The translations under genes were made by a program, and so were the position numbers. From Eledone cirrhosa (Eukaryota), in the NCBI GenBank assembly GCA_964016885.1, contig OZ024741.1, positions 246,078,001 through 246,142,000 of the forward strand: a DNA stretch of 64,000 nt. Reading direction: 5' to 3'. This document shows positions 11,201-26,700 of this stretch, in pieces (within the stretch, counting starts at the first letter, position 1; each line of letters opens with the position of its first letter). The notes under the pieces are model-generated. The model was not told the DNA's origin, did not search any database, and saw only the letters and a list, made by a program, of their open reading frames with translations.

Positions 11201-14200
11201 AAATTATCTCCCCTTGATTTTTTTTACAAATTATCTCCCCCTGATTTTTTTTACAAATTATCTCCCCCTGATTTTTTTTACAAATTATCTACCCCTGATT
11301 TTTTTTACAAATTATCTCCCCCTGATTTTTTTTACAAATTATCTCCCCCTGATTTTTTTTTACAAATTATCTCCCCCTGATTTTTTTTTACAAATTATCT
11401 CCCCCTGATTTTTTTTTTACAAATTATCTCCCCCTGATTTTTTTACAAATTATCTCCCCCTGATTTTTTTTACAATCTCCGCCTGATTTTTTTAAAGATT
11501 ATCTTCCCTTGGCTGGCGGGAAATTATCTCCCCTTGGACGGCTGGAAATTATCTCCCCTTGGAAGGATGGAAATTATCTCCCCTGGGACGGCTGGAAATT
11601 ATCTCCCCTTGCACGGCTGGAAATTATCTCCCCTTGGCTGGAAATTATCTCCCCTTGGACGGCTAGAAATTATCTCTCTTTGGACGGCTGGAAATTATCT
11701 CCCTTTGATTTTTTTTACAAATTATCTCCCTCTGATTTTTTTTACAAATCTCCCCCTGATTTTTTTAAAAAAATTATCTCCCCTTCGCTGGCTGGAAATT
11801 ATCTTCCCTTGGACGGCTGGAAATTATCTCCCCTTGATTTTTTTTACAAATTATCTCCGCCTGATTTTTTTTTTAAATTATCTCTCCTTGGACGGCTGGA
11901 AATTATCTCCCCTTGATTCTTTTTACAAATAATCTCCCCCTGATTTTTTTTTATAAATTATCTCCCCCTGATTTTTTTTTACAAATTATCTACCCCTGAT
12001 TTTTTTTTACAAATTATCTCCCCCTGATTTTTTTTACAAATTATCTCCCCCTGATTTTTCTTTTACAAATTATCTCCCCCTGATTTTTTTACAAATTATC
12101 TCCCCCTGATTTTTTTTACAAATTGTCTCCGCCTGATTTTTTTAAATATTATCTTCCCTTGGCTGGCGGGAAATTACCTCCCCTTGGACGGCTGGAAATT
12201 ATCTGCCCTTGATTTTCTTTTTACAAATTATCTTCCACTGATTTTTTTTACAAATTATCTCCACCTGATTTTTTAAAAAATTATCTCCCCTTGGAAGGCT
12301 GGAAATTATCTCCCCTTGGCTGGAAATTATCTCCCCTTGGACGGCTAGAAATTATCTCTCTTTGGACGGCTGGAAATTATCACCCCTTGAGTTTTTTACA
12401 AATTATCTCCCCCTGATTTTTTTTACAAATCTCCCAGTGATTTTTTAAAAAAAATTATCTCCCCTTCGCTGGCTGGAAATTATCTCCCCTTGGACGCTGG
12501 AAATTATAGCCCCTTGGAGGGCTGGAAATTATCTTCCCTTGGACGGCTGGAAATTATCTCCCCTTGATTTTTTTTACAAATTATCTCCCCCTGATTTTTT
12601 TTTACAAATTATCTCCCCCTGATGTTTTTTTACAACTTATCTGCGCCTGATTTTTTTAAAAAAATTATCTCCCCTTGGACGGCTGGAAATTATCTCCCCT
12701 TGGACGGCTGGAAATTATCTCTCCTTGGACGGCTAGAATTTACCTCTCCTTGGACGGCTGAAAATTATCTCCCCTTGGACGGCTGGAAATTATCTGCCCT
12801 TGATTTTTTTTACAAATTATCTCCCCCTTTTTTTTTTTTACAAATTATCTCCCCCTGATTTTTTTTTACAAATTATCTCCCCCTGATTTTTTTTTACAAA
12901 TTATCTCCCCCTGATTTTTTTTACAAATTATCTCCCCCCTGATTTTTTTACAAATTATCTCCCCTTGGCTGGTTGGAAATTATCTCCCCTTGGAGGCTGG
13001 AACTTATCTCCCCTTGGACGGCTAGAAATTACCTCTCCTTGGACGGATGGAAAATATGTCTCCTTGGACGGCTGGATATTATCTCCCCTTGGACGGCTGG
13101 AAATTATCTCCCCTTGGTCGGCTGGAAATTATCTCCCCTTGGATGGCTAGATATTACCTCCCCTTGGACGGCTGGAAATTATCTCCCCTTGATTTTTTTA
13201 ACAAATTATCTCCCCCTGATTTTTTTTTACAAATTATCTCCCCCTGATTTTTTTTAAAAAATTATCTCCCCCTGATTTTTGTTTACAAATTATCTCCGCC
13301 TGATTTTTTTTAACAAATTATCTCCCCTTGGACGGCTGGAAATTATCTCCCCTTGGACGGCTGGAAATTATATCTCCTTGGACGGCTAGAATTTACCTCT
13401 CCTTGGACGGCTGAAAATTATCTCCCCTTGGACGGCTGGAAATTATCTCCCCTTGATTTTTTCTACAAATTATCTCCCCCTGATTTTTTTTTACAAATTA
13501 TCTCCCCCTGATTTTTTTTTACAAATTATCTCCCCCTGATTTTTTTTTACAAATTATCTCCCCCTGATTTTTTTACAAATTATCTCCCCTTGGCTGGCTG
13601 GAAATTATCTCCCCTTGGAGGCTGGAACTTATCTCCCCTTGGACGGCTAGAAATTACCTCTCCTTGGACGGCTGGAAAATATGTCTCCTTGGACGGCTGG
13701 ATATTATCTCCCCTTGGACGGCTGGAAATTATCTCCCCTTGGACGGCTGGAAATTATCTCCCCTTGGATGGCTAGATATTACCTCCCCTTGGACGGCTGG
13801 AAATTATCTCCCCTTGATTTTTTTTACAAATTATCTCCCCCTGATTTTTTTTTACAAACTATCTCCCCCTGATTTTTTTTTACAAATTATCTCCCCCTGA
13901 TTTTTGTTTACAAATTATCTACGCCTGATTTTTTTTTAAAAATTATCTCCCCTTGGACGGCTGGAAATTATCTCCCCTTGGACGGCTAGAAATTACCTCT
14001 CCTTGGACGGCTGAAAATTATCTCCCCTTGGACGGCTGGAAATTATCTCCCCTTGATTTTTTTACAAATTATCTCCCCCTGATTTTTTTTTTACAAATTA
14101 TCTCCCCCTGATTTTTTTTTACAAATTATCTACCCCTGATTTTTTTTTACAAATTATCTCCCCCTGATTTTTTTTTACAAATTATCTACCCCTGATTTTT

Positions 14201-17200
14201 TTTACAAATTATCTCCCCCTGATTTTTTTTACAAATTATCTCCCCCTGATTTTTTTTTTACAAATTATCTCCCCCTGATTTTTTTACAAATTATCTCCCC
14301 CTGATTTTTTTTACAAATTATCTCCGCCGGATTTTTTTAAATATTATCTTCCCTTGGCTTGCGGGAAATTATCTCCCCTTGGACGGCTGAAAATTATCTC
14401 CCCTTGGACGGCTGGAAATTATCTCCCCTTGATATTTTACAAATTATCTCCCCCTGATTTTTTTTTACAAATTATCTCCCCCTGATTTTTTTTACAAATT
14501 ATCTCCCCCTGATTTTTTTTTACAAATTATCTCCCCCTGATTTTTTTTACAAATTATCTCCCCCTGATTTTTTTTACAAATTATCTCCCCCTGATTTTTT
14601 TTTACAAATTATCTCCCCCTGATTTTTTTACAAATTATCCCCCCCTGATTTTTTTTACAAATTATCTCCGCCTGATTTTTTAAAATATTATCTTCCCTTG
14701 GCTGGCGGGAAATTATCTCCCCTTGGACGGCTGGAAATTATCTGCCCTTGATTTTCTTTTTACAAATTAACTTCCACTGATTTTTTTTACAAATTATCTC
14801 CACCTGATTTTTTTAAAAATTATCTCCCCTTGGAAGGCTGGAAATCATCTCCCCTTGGCTGGAAATTATCTCCCCTTGGACGGCTAGAAATTATCTCTCT
14901 TTGGACGGCTGGAAATTATCACCCCTTGAGTTTTTTACAAATTATCTCCCCCTGATTTTTTTTACAAATCTCCCAGTGATTTTTAAAAAAAAATTATCTT
15001 CCCTTCGCTGGCTCGAAATTATCTCCCCTTGGACGCTGGAAATTATAGCCCCTTGGAGGGCTGGAAATTATCTTCCCTTGGACGGCTGGAAATTATCTCC
15101 CCTTGATTTTTTTTACAAATTATCTCCCCCTGATTTTTTTTTACAAATTATCTCCCCCTGATTTTTTTTACAAATTATCTCCGCCGGATTTTTTTAAATA
15201 TTATCTTCCCTTGGCTTGCGGGAAATTATCTCCCCTTGGACGGCTGAAAATTATCTCCCCTTGGACGGCTGGAAATTATCTCCCCTTGATTTTTTTTACA
15301 AATTATCTCCCCCTGATTTTTTTTTACAAATTATCTCCCCCTGATTTTTTTTACAAATTATCTCCCCCTGATTCTTTTTACAAATTATCTCCCCCTGATT
15401 TTTTTTACAAATTATCTCCCCCTGATTTTTTTTACAAATTATCTCCCCCTGATTTTTTTTTACAAATTATCTCCCCCTGATTTTTTTACAAATTATCCCC
15501 CCCTGCTTTTTTTTACAAATTATCTCCGCCTGATTTTTTAAAATATTATCTTCCCTTGGCTGGCGGGAAATTATCTCCCCTTGGACGGCTGGAAATTATC
15601 TGCCCTTGATTTTCTTTTTACAAATTAACTTCCTCTGATTTTTTTTACAAATTATCTCCACCTGATTTTTTTAAAAATTATCTCCCCTTGGAAGGCTGGA
15701 AATTATCTCCCCTTGGCTGGAAATTATCTCCCCTTGGACGGCTAGAAATTATCTCTCTTTGGACGGCTGGAAATTATCACCCCTTGAGTTTTTTACAAAT
15801 TATCTCCCCCTGATTTTTTTTACAAATCTCCCAGTGATTTTTAAAAAAAAATTATCTTCCCTTCGCTGGCTGGAAATTATCTCCCCTTGGACGCTGGAAA
15901 TTATAGCCCCTTGGAGGGCTGGAAATTATCTTCCCTTGGACGGCTGGAAATTATCTCCCCTTGATTTTTTTTACAAATTATCTCCCCCTGATTTTTTTTT
16001 ACAAATTATCTCCCCCTGATTTTTTTTTACAACTTATCTGCGCCTGATTTTTTTAAAAAAATTATCTCCCCTTGGACGGCTGGAAATTATCTCCCCTTGG
16101 ACGGCTGGAAATTATCTCTCCTTGGACGGCTAGAATTTACCTCTCCTTGGACGGCTGAAAATTATCTCCCCTTGGACGGCTGGAAATTATCTCCCCTTGA
16201 TTTTTTTTACAAATTATCTCCCCCTGATTTTTTTTTACAAATTATCTCCCCCTGATTTTTTTTTACAAATTATCTCCCCCTGATTTTTTTTTACAAATTA
16301 TCTCCCCCTGATTTTTTTTACAAATTATCTCCCCCTGATTTTTTTTTACAAATTATCTCCCCCTGATTTTTTTTTACAAATTATCTCCGCCTGATTTTTT
16401 TTTAAAAATTACCTCCCCTTGGACGGCTGGAAATTATCTCCCCTTGGACGGCTGGAAATTATCTCCCCTTGGACGGCTAGAAATTATCTCTCCTTGGACG
16501 GCTGAAAATTATCTCCCCTTGGACGGCTGCAAATTATCTCCCCTTGATTTTTTTTACAAATTATCTCCCCCTGATTTTTTTTACAAATTATCTCCCCCTG
16601 ATTTTTTTTACAAATTATCTACCCCTGATTTTTTTTACAAATTATCTCCCCCTGATTTTTTTTTACAAATTATCTCCCCCTGATTTTTCTTTTACAAATT
16701 ATCTCCCCCTGATTTTTCTTTTACAAATTATCTCCCCCTGATTTTTTTACAAAGTATCTCCCCCTGATTTTTTTTACAATCTCCGCCTGATTTTTTTAAA
16801 AATTATCTTCCCTTGGCTGGCGGGAAATTATCTCCCCTTGGACGGCTGGAAATTATCTCCCCTTTGAAGGATGGAAATTATCTCCCCTTGGACGGCTGGA
16901 AATTATCTCCCCTTGCACGGCTGGAAATTATCTCCCCTTGGACGGCTAGAAATTATCTCTCTTTGGACGGCTGGAAATTATCTCCCTTTGATTTTTTTTA
17001 CAAATTATCTCCCTCTGATTTTTTTTACAAATCTCCCCCTGATTTTTTAAAAAAAATTATCTCCCCTTCGCTGGCTGGAAATTATCTCCCCTTGGACACT
17101 GGAAATTATAGCCCCTTGGAGGGCTGGAAATTATCTTCCCTTGGACGGCTGGAAATTATCTCCCCCTGATTTTTTTTACAAATTATCTCCGCCTTATTTT

Positions 17201-17700
17201 TTTAAAAAATTATCTCTCCTTGGACGGCTGGAAATTATCTCCCCTTGATTTTTTTTACAAATAATCTCCCCCTGATTTTTTTTTACAAATTATCTCCCCC
17301 TGATTTTTTTTTACAAATTATCTACCCCTGATTTTTTTTTACAAATTATCTCCCCCTGATTTTTTACAAATTATCTCCCCCTGATTTTTCTTTTACAAAT
17401 TATCTCCCCCTGATTTTTTTTACAAATTATCTCCGCCTGATTTTTTTAAATATTATCTTCCCTTGGCTGGCGGGAAATTATCTCCCCTTGGACGGCTGGA
17501 AATTATCTGCCCTTGATTTTCTTTTTACAAATTATCTTCCACTGATTTTTTTTACAAATTATCTCCACCTGATTTTTTAAAAAATTATCTCCCCTTGTAA
17601 GGCTGGAAATTATCTCCCCTTGGCTGGAAATTATCTCCCCTTGGACGGCTAGAAATTATCTCTCTTTGTACGGCTGGAAATTATCACCCCTTGAGTTTTT
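2210..17700 (+). repeat. ~15.5-kb higher-order unit, copy 1
   Basis: The rare marker CTTCATTTTTTCTAC occurs at ~2278 and ~17767. ORF-track offsets of 15488, 15622, 15620, 15592 and 15566 hold along the segment. Confidence 0.92.
14290..16005 (+). repeat. 858-bp tandem duplication (two slightly diverged copies); the pair recurs at ~33570-35285
   Basis: CCGCCGG occurs at 14324/15181 and CAAATTATCCCCCCCTG at 14631/15489. ORFs 14901->15759 and 34180->35038 share the offset. Confidence 0.88.
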
Positions 17701-20700
17701 TACAAATTATCTCCACCTGATTTTTTTAAAAATTATCTCCCCTTGGAAGGCTGGAAATTATCTCCCCTTCATTTTTTCTACAAATTATCTCCCCCTGATT
17801 TTTTTTTACAAATTATCTCCCCCTGATTTTTTTTTACAAATTATCTCCCCCTGATTTTTTTTACAAATTATCTCCCCCTGATTTTTTTACAAATTATCTC
17901 CCCTTGGCTGGCTGGAAATTATCTCCCCTTGGAGGCTGGAACTTATCTCCCCTTGGACGGCTAGAAATTACCTCTCCTTGGACGGCTGGAAAATATGTCT
18001 CCTTGGACGGCTGGATATTATCTCCCCTTGGACGGCTGGAAATTATCTCCCCTTGGACGGCTGGAAATTATCTCCCCTTGGATGGCTAGATATTACCTCC
18101 CCTTGGACGGCTGGAAATTATCTCCCCTTGATTTTTTTTACAAATTATCTCCCCCTGATTTTTTTTTACAAACTATCTCCCCCTGATTTTTTTTTACAAA
18201 TTATCTCCCCCTGATTTTTGTTTACAAATTATCTCCGCCTGATTTTTTTTAAAAAATTATCTCCCCTTGGACGGCTGGAAATTATCTCCCCTTGGACGGC
18301 TAGAAATTACCTCTCCTTGGACGGCTGAAAATTATCTCCCCTTGGACGGCTGGAAATTATCTCCCCTTGATTTTTTTACAAATTATCTCCCCCTGATTTT
18401 TTTTTTACAAATTATCTCCCCCTGATTTTTTTTTACAAATTATCTACCCCTGATTTTTTTTTACAAATTATCTCCCCCTGATTTTTTTTTACAAATTATC
18501 TACCCCTGATTTTTTTTACAAATTATCTCCCCCTGATTTTTTTTACAAATTATCTCCCCCTGATTTTTTTTTACAAATTATCTCCCCCTGATTTTTTTAC
18601 AAATTATCTCCCCCTGATTTTTTTTACAAATTATCTCCGCCGGATTTTTTTAAATATTATCTTCCCTTGGCTTGCGGGAAATTATCTCCCCTTGGACGGC
18701 TGAAAATTATCTCCCCTTGGACGGCTGGAAATTATCTCCCCTTGATTTTTTTTACAAAGTATCTCCCCCTGATTTTTTTTTACAAATTATCTCCCCCTGA
18801 TTTTTTTTACAAATTATCTCCCCCTGATTTTTTTTTACAAATTATCTCCCCCTGATTTTTTTTACAAATTATCTCCCCCTGATTTTTTTTACAAATTATC
18901 TCCCCCTGATTTTTTTTTACAAATTATCTCCCCCTGATTTTTTTACAAATTATCCCCCCCTGATTTTTTTTACAAATTATCTCCGCCTGATTTTTTAAAA
19001 TATTATCTTCCCTTGGCTGGCGGGAAATTATCTCCCCTTGGACGGCTGGAAATTATCTGCCCTTGATTTTCTTTTTACAAATTAACTTCCACTGATTTTT
19101 TTTACAAATTATCTCCACCTGATTTTTTTAAAAATTATCTCCCCTTGGAAGGCTGGAAATTATCTCCCCTTGGCTGGAAATTATCTCCCCTTGGACGGCT
19201 AGAAATTATCTCTCTTTGGACGGCTGGAAATTATCACCCCTTGAGTTTTTTACAAATTATCTCCCCCTGATTTTTTTTACAAATCTCCCAGTGATTTTTA
19301 AAAAAAAATTATCTTCCCTTCGCTGGCTGGAAATTATCTCCCCTTGGACGCTGGAAATTATAGCCCCTTGGAGGGCTGGAAATTATCTTCCCTTGGACGG
19401 CTGGAAATTATCTCCCCTTGATTTTTTTTACAAATTATCTCCCCCTGATTTTTTTTACAAATTATCTCCCCCTGATTTTTTTTACAAATTATCTACCCCT
19501 GATTTTTTTTTACAAATTATCTCCCCCTGATTTTTTTACAAATTATCTCCCCTTGGCTGGCTGGAAATTATCTCCCCTTGGAGGCTGGAACTTATCTCCC
19601 CTTGGACGGCTAGAAATTACCTCTCCTTGGACGGCTGGAAAATATGTCTCCTTGGACGGCTGGATATTATCTCCCCTTGGACGGCTGGAAATTATCTCCC
19701 CTTGGACGGCTGGAAATTATCTCCCCTTGGATGGCTAGATATTACCTCCCCTTGGACGGCTGGAAATTATCTCCCCTTGATTTTTTTTACAAATTATCTC
19801 CCCCTGATTTTTTTTTACAAATTATCTCCCCCTGATTTTTTTTTACAAATTATCTCCCCCTGATTTTTGTTTACAAATTATCTCCGCCTGATTTTTTTTT
19901 TTAAATTATCTCCCCTTGGACCGCTGGAAATTATCTCCCCTTGGACGGCTAGAAATTACCTCTCCTTGGACGGCTGAAAATTATCTCCCCTTGGACGGCT
20001 GGAAATTATCTCCCCTTGATTTTTTTTACAAATTATCTCCCCCTGATTTTTTTTTACAAATTATCTCCCCCTGATTTTTTTTACAAATTATCTCCCCCTG
20101 ATTTTTTTTTACAAATTATCTCCCCCTGATTTTTTTTACAAATTATCTCCCCCTGATTTTTTTTACAAATTATCTCCCCCTGATTTTTTTTACAAATTAT
20201 CTCCCCCTGATTTTTTTACAAATTATCTCCCCCTGATTTTTTTTACAAATTATCTCCGCCTGATTTTTAAAAATATTATCTTCCCTTGGCTGGCGGGAAA
20301 TTATCTCCCCTTGGACGGCTGGAAATTATCTGCCCTTGATTTTCTTTTTACAAATTAACTTCCACTGATTTTTTTTACAAATTATCTCCACCTGATTTTT
20401 TTAAAAATTATCTCCCCTTGGAAGGCTGGAAATTATCTCCCCTTGGCTGGAAATTATCTCCCCTTGGACGGCTAGAAATTATCTCTCTTTGGACGGCTGG
20501 AAATTATCACCCCTTGAGTTTTTTACAAATTATCTCCCCCTGATTTTTTTTACAAATCTCCCAGTGATTTTTAAAAAAAAATTATCTTCCCTTCGCTGGC
20601 TGGAAATTATCTCCCCTTGGACGCTGGAAATTATAGCCCCTTGGAGGGCTGGAAATTATCTTCCCTTGGACGGCTGGAAATTATCTCCCCTTGATTTTTT

Positions 20701-23700
20701 TTACAAATTATCTCCCCCTGATTTTTTTTTACAAATTATCTCCCCCTGATTTTTTTTTACAACTTATCTGCGCCTGATTTTTTTTTAAAAATTATCTCCC
20801 CTTGGACGGCTGGAAATTATCTCCCCTTGGACGGCTGGAAATTATCTCTCCTTGGACGGCTAGAATTTACCTCTCCTTGGACGGCTGAAAATTATCTCCC
20901 CTTGGACGGCTGGAAATTATCTCCCCTTGATTTTTTTTACAAATTATCTCCCCCTGATTTTTTTTTACAAATTATCTCCCCCTGATTTTTTTTACAAATT
21001 ATCTCCCCCTGATTTTTTTTACAAATTATCTCCCCCTGATTTTTTTTTACAAATTATCTCCCCCTGATTTTTTTTTTACAAATTATCTCCGCCTGATTTT
21101 TTTTTTAAAATTACCTCCCCTTGGACGGCTGGAAATTATCTCCCCTTGGACGGCTGGAAATTATCTCCCCTTGGACGGCTAGAAATTATCTCTCCTTGGA
21201 CGGCTGAAAATTATCTCCCCTTGGACGGCTGCAAATTATCTCCCCTTGATTTTTTTTACAAATTATCTCCCCCTGATTTTTTTTACAAATTATCTCCCCC
21301 TGATTTTTTTTACAAATTATCTACCCCTGATTTTTTTTACAAATTATCTCCCCCTGATTTTTTTTTACAAATTATCTCCCCCTGATTTCTTTTTACAAAT
21401 TATCTCCCCCTGATTTTTTTTTTACAAATTATCTCCCCCTGATTTTTTTACAAAGTATCTCCCCCTGATTTTTTTTACAATCTCCGCCTGATTTTTTTAA
21501 AAATTATCTTCCCTTGGCTGGCGGGAAATTATCTCCCCTTGGACGGCTGGAAATTATCTCCCCTTGGAAGGATGGAAATTATCTCCCCTTGGACGGCTGG
21601 AAATTATCTCCCCTTGCACGGCTGGAAATTATCTCCCCTTGGCTGGAAATTATCTCCCCTTGGACGGCTAGAAATTATCTCTCTTTGGACGGCTGGAAAT
21701 TATCTCCCTTTGATTTTTTTTACAAATTATCTCCCTCTGATTTTTTTTACAAATCTCCCCCTGATTTTTTTAAAAAAATTATCTCCCCTTCGCTGGCTGG
21801 AAATTATCTTCCCTTGGACGGCTGGAAATTATCTCCCCTTGATTTTTTTTACAAATTATCTCCGCCTGATTTTTTTTTTAAATTATCTCTCCTTGGACGG
21901 CTGGAAATTATCTCCCCTTGATTTTTTTTACAAATAATCTCCCCCTGATTTTTTTTTATAAATTATCTCCCCCTGATTTTTTTTTACAAATTATCTACCC
22001 CTGATTTTTTTTTACAAATTATCTCCCCCTGATTTTTTTTACAAATTATCTCCCCCTGATTTTTCTTTTACAAATTATCTCCCCCTGATTTTTTTACAAA
22101 TTATCTCCCCCTGATTTTTTTTACAAATTGTCTCCGCCTGATTTTTTTAAATATTATCTTCCCTTGGCTGGCGGGAAATTACCTCCCCTTGGACGGCTGG
22201 AAATTATCTGCCCTTGATTTTCTTTTTACAAATTATCTTCCACTGATTTTTTTTACAAATTATCTCCACCTGATTTTTTAAAAAATTATCTCCCCTTGGA
22301 AGGCTGGAAATTATCTCCCCTTGGACGGCTAGAAATTATCTCTCTTTGGACGGCTGGAAATTATCACCCCTTGAGTTTTTTACAAATTATCTCCCCCTGA
22401 TTTTTTTTACAAATCTCCCAGTGATTTTTTAAAAAAAATTATCTCCCCTTCGCTGGCTGGAAATTATCTCCCCTTGGACGCTGGAAATTATAGCCCTTTG
22501 GAGGGCTGGAAATTATCTTCCCTTGGACGGCTGGAAATTATCTCCCCTTGATTTTTTTTACAAATTATCTCCCCCTGATTTTTTTTTACAAATTATCTCC
22601 CCCTGATGTTTTTTTACAACTTATCTGCGCCTGATTTTTTTAAAAAAATTATCTCCCCTTGGACGGCTGGAAATTATCTCCCCTTGGACGGCTGGAAATT
22701 ATCTCTCCTTGGACGGCTAGAATTTACCTCTCCTTGGACGGCTGAAAATTATCTCCCCTTGAACGGCTGGAAATTATCTCCCCTTGATTTTTTTTACAAA
22801 TTATCTCCCCCTTTTTTTTTTTACAAATTATCTCCCCCTGATTTTTTTTTACAAATTATCTCCCCCTGATTTTTTTTTACAAATTATCTCCCCCTGATTT
22901 TTTTTACAAATTATCTCCCCCCTGATTTTTTTACAAATTATCTCCCCTTGGCTGGTTGGAAATTATCTCCCCTTGGAGGCTGGAACTTATCTCCCCTTGG
23001 ACGGCTAGAAATTACCTCTCCTTGGACGGCTGGAAAATATGTCTCCTTGGACGGCTGGATATTATCTCCCCTTGGACGGCTGGAAATTATCTCCCCTTGG
23101 ACGGCTGGAAATTATATCTCCTTGGACGGCTAGAATTTACCTCTCCTTGGACGGCTGAAAATTATCTCCCCTTGGACGGCTGGAAATTATCTCCCCTTGA
23201 TTTTTTTTACAAATTATCTCCCCCTGATTTTTTTTTACAAATTATCTCCCCCTGATTTTTTTTTACAAATTATCTCCCCCTGATTTTTTTACAAATTATC
23301 TCCCCTTGGCTGGCTGGAAATTATCTCCCCTTGGAGGCTGGAACTTATCTCCACTTGGACGGCTAGAAATTACCTCTCCTTGGACGGCTGGAAAATATGT
23401 CTCCTTGGACGGCTGGATATTATCTCCCCTTGGACGGCTGGAAATTATCTCCCCTTGGACGGCTGGAAATTATCTCCCCTTGGATGGCTAGATATTACCT
23501 CCCCTTGGACGGCTGGAAATTATCTTCCCTTGATTTTTTTTACAAATTATCTCCCCCTGATTTTTGTTTACAAATTATCTCCCCCTGATTTTTTTTTACA
23601 AATTATCTCCCCTTGGACGGCTGGAAATTATCTCCCCTTGGACGGCTAGAAATTACCTCTCCTTGGACGGCTGAAAATTATCTCCCCTTGGACGGCTGGA

Positions 23701-26700
23701 AATTATCTCCCCTTGATTTTTTTACAAATTATCTCCCCCTGATTTTTTTTTTACAAATTATCTCCCCCTGATTTTTTTTTACAAATTATCTACCCCTGAT
23801 TTTTTTTTACAAATTATCTCCCCGATTTTTTTTTACAAATTATCTAACCCTGATTTTTTTTACAAATTATCTCCCCCTGATTTTTTTTACAAACTATCTC
23901 CCCCTGATTTTTTTTTTACAAATTATCTCCCCCTGATTTTTTTACAAATTATCTCCCCCTGATTTTTTTACAAATTATCTCCGCCGGATTTTTTTAAATA
24001 TTATCTTCCCTTGGCTTGCGGGAAATTATCTCCCCTTGGACGGCTGAAAATTATCTCCCCTTGGACGGCTGGAAATTATCTCCCCTTGATTTTTTTTACA
24101 AATTATCTCCCCCTGATTTTTTTTTACAAATTATCTCCCCCTGATTTTTTTTACAAATTATCTCCCCCTGATTTTTTTTTACAAATTATCTCCCCCTGAT
24201 TTTTTTTACAAATTATCTCCCCCTGATTTTTTTTACAAATTATCTCCCCCTGATTTTTTTTTACAAATTATCTCCCCCTGATTTTTTTACAAATTATCTC
24301 CCCCTGATTTTTTTTACAAATTATCCGCCTGATTTTTTAAAATATTATCTTCCCTTGGCTGGCGGGAAATTATCTCCCCTTGGACGGCTGGAAATTATCT
24401 GCCCTTGATTTTCTTTTTACAAATTAACTTCCACTGATTTTTTTTACAAATTATCTCCACCTGATTTTTTTAAAAATTATCTCCCCTTGGAAGGCTGGAA
24501 ATTATCTCCCCTTGGCTGGAAATTATCTCCCCTTGGACGGCTAGAAATTATCTCTCTTTGGACGGCTGGAAATTATCACCCCTTGAGTTTTTTACAAATT
24601 ATCTCCCCCTGATTTTTTTTACAAATCTCCCAGTGATTTTTAAAAAAAAATTATCTTCCCTTCGCTGGCTGGAAATTATCTCCCCTTGGACGCTAGAAAT
24701 TATAGCCCCTTGGAGGGCTGGAAATTATCTTCCCTTGGACGGCTGGAAATTATCTCCCCTTGATTTTTTTTACAAATTATCTCCCCCTGATTTTTTTTTA
24801 CAAATTATCTCCCCCTGATTTTTTTTTACAACTTATCTGCGCCTGATTTTTTTAAAAAAATTATCTCCCCTTGGACGGCTGGAAATTATCTCCCCTTGGA
24901 CGGCTGGAAATTATCTCTCCTTGGACGGCTAGAATTTACCTCTCCTTGGACGGCTGAAAATTATCTCCCCTTGGACGGCTGGAAATTATCTCCCCTTGAT
25001 TTTTTTTACAAATTATCTCCCCCTGATTTTTTTTTACAAATTATCTCCCCCTGATTTTTTTTTACAAATTATCTCCCCCTGATTTTTTTTTACAAATTAT
25101 CTCCCCCTGATTTTTTTTTACAAATTATCTCCCCCTGATTTTTTTTTACAAATTATCTCCCCCTGATTTTTTTTTACAAATTATCTCCGCCTGATTTTTT
25201 TTTAAAAAATTACCTCCCCTTGGACGGCTGGAAATTATCTCCCCTTGGACGGCTGGAAATTATCTCCCCTTGGACGGCTAGAAATTATCTCTCCTTGGAC
25301 GGCTGAAAATTATCTCCCCTTGGACGGCTGCAAATTATCTCCCCTTGATTTTTTTTACAAATTATCTCCCCCTGATTTTTTTTACAAATTATCTCCCCCT
25401 GATTTTTTTTACAAATTATCTACCCCTGATTTTTTTTACAAATTATCTCCCCCTGATTTTTTTTTACAAATTATCTCCCCCTGATTTTTTTTTACAAATT
25501 ATCTCCCCCTGATTTTTCTTTTACAAATTATCTCCCCCTGATTTTTTTACAAAGTATCTCCCCCTGATTTTTTTTACAATCTCCGCCTGATTTTTTTAAA
25601 AATTATCTTCCCTTGGCTGGCGGGAAATTATCTCCCCTTGGACGGCTGGAAATTATCTCCCCTTGGAAGGATGGAAATTATCTACCCTTGGACGGCTGGA
25701 AATTATCTCCCCTTGCACGGCTGGAAATTATCTCCCCTTGGACGGATAGATATTACCTCCCCTTGGACGGCTGGAAATTATCTCCCCTTGATTTTTTTAC
25801 AAATTATCTCCCCCTGATTTATTTTACAAATCTCCCAATGATTTTTAAAAAAAAATTATCTCCCCTTCGCTGGCTGGAAATTATCTCCCCTTGGACGCTG
25901 GAAATTATAGCCCCTTGGAGGGCTGGAAATTATCTTCCCTTGGACGGCTGGAAATTATCTCCCCTTGATTTTTTTTACAAATTATCTCCCCCTGATTTTT
26001 TTTACAAATTATCTCCCCCTGATTTTTTTTACAAATTATCTACCCCTGATTTTTTTTACAAATTATCTCCCCCTGATTTTTTTTTACAAATTATCTCCCC
26101 CTGATTTTTTTTTACAAATTATCTCCCCCTGATTTTTTTACAAATTATCTCCCCCTGATTTTTTTTACAATCTCCGCCTGATTTTTTTAAAAATTATCTT
26201 CCCTTGGCTGGCTGGAAATTATCTCCCCTTGGACACTGGAAATTATAGCCCCTTGGAGGGCTGGAAATTATCTTCCCTTGGACGGCTGGAAATTATCTCC
26301 CCTTGATTTTTTTTACAAATTATCTCCGCCTGATTTTTTTTTACAAATTATCTCCCCCTGATTTTTTTTTACAAATTATCTACCCCTGATTTTTTTTTAC
26401 AAATTATCTCCCCCTGATTTTTTTTACAAATTATCTCCCCCTGATTTTTCTTTTACAAATTATCTCCCCCTGATTTTTTTACAAATTATCTCCCCCTGAT
26501 TTTTTTTACAAATTATCTCCGCCTGATTTTTTTAAATATTATCTTCCCTTGGCTGGCGGGAAATTATCTCCCCTTGGACGGCTGGAAATTATCTGCCCTT
26601 GATTTTCTTTTTACAAATTATCTTCCACTGATTTTTTTTACAAATTATCTCCACCTGATTTTTTAAAAAATTATCTCCCCTTGGAAGGCTGGAAATTATC

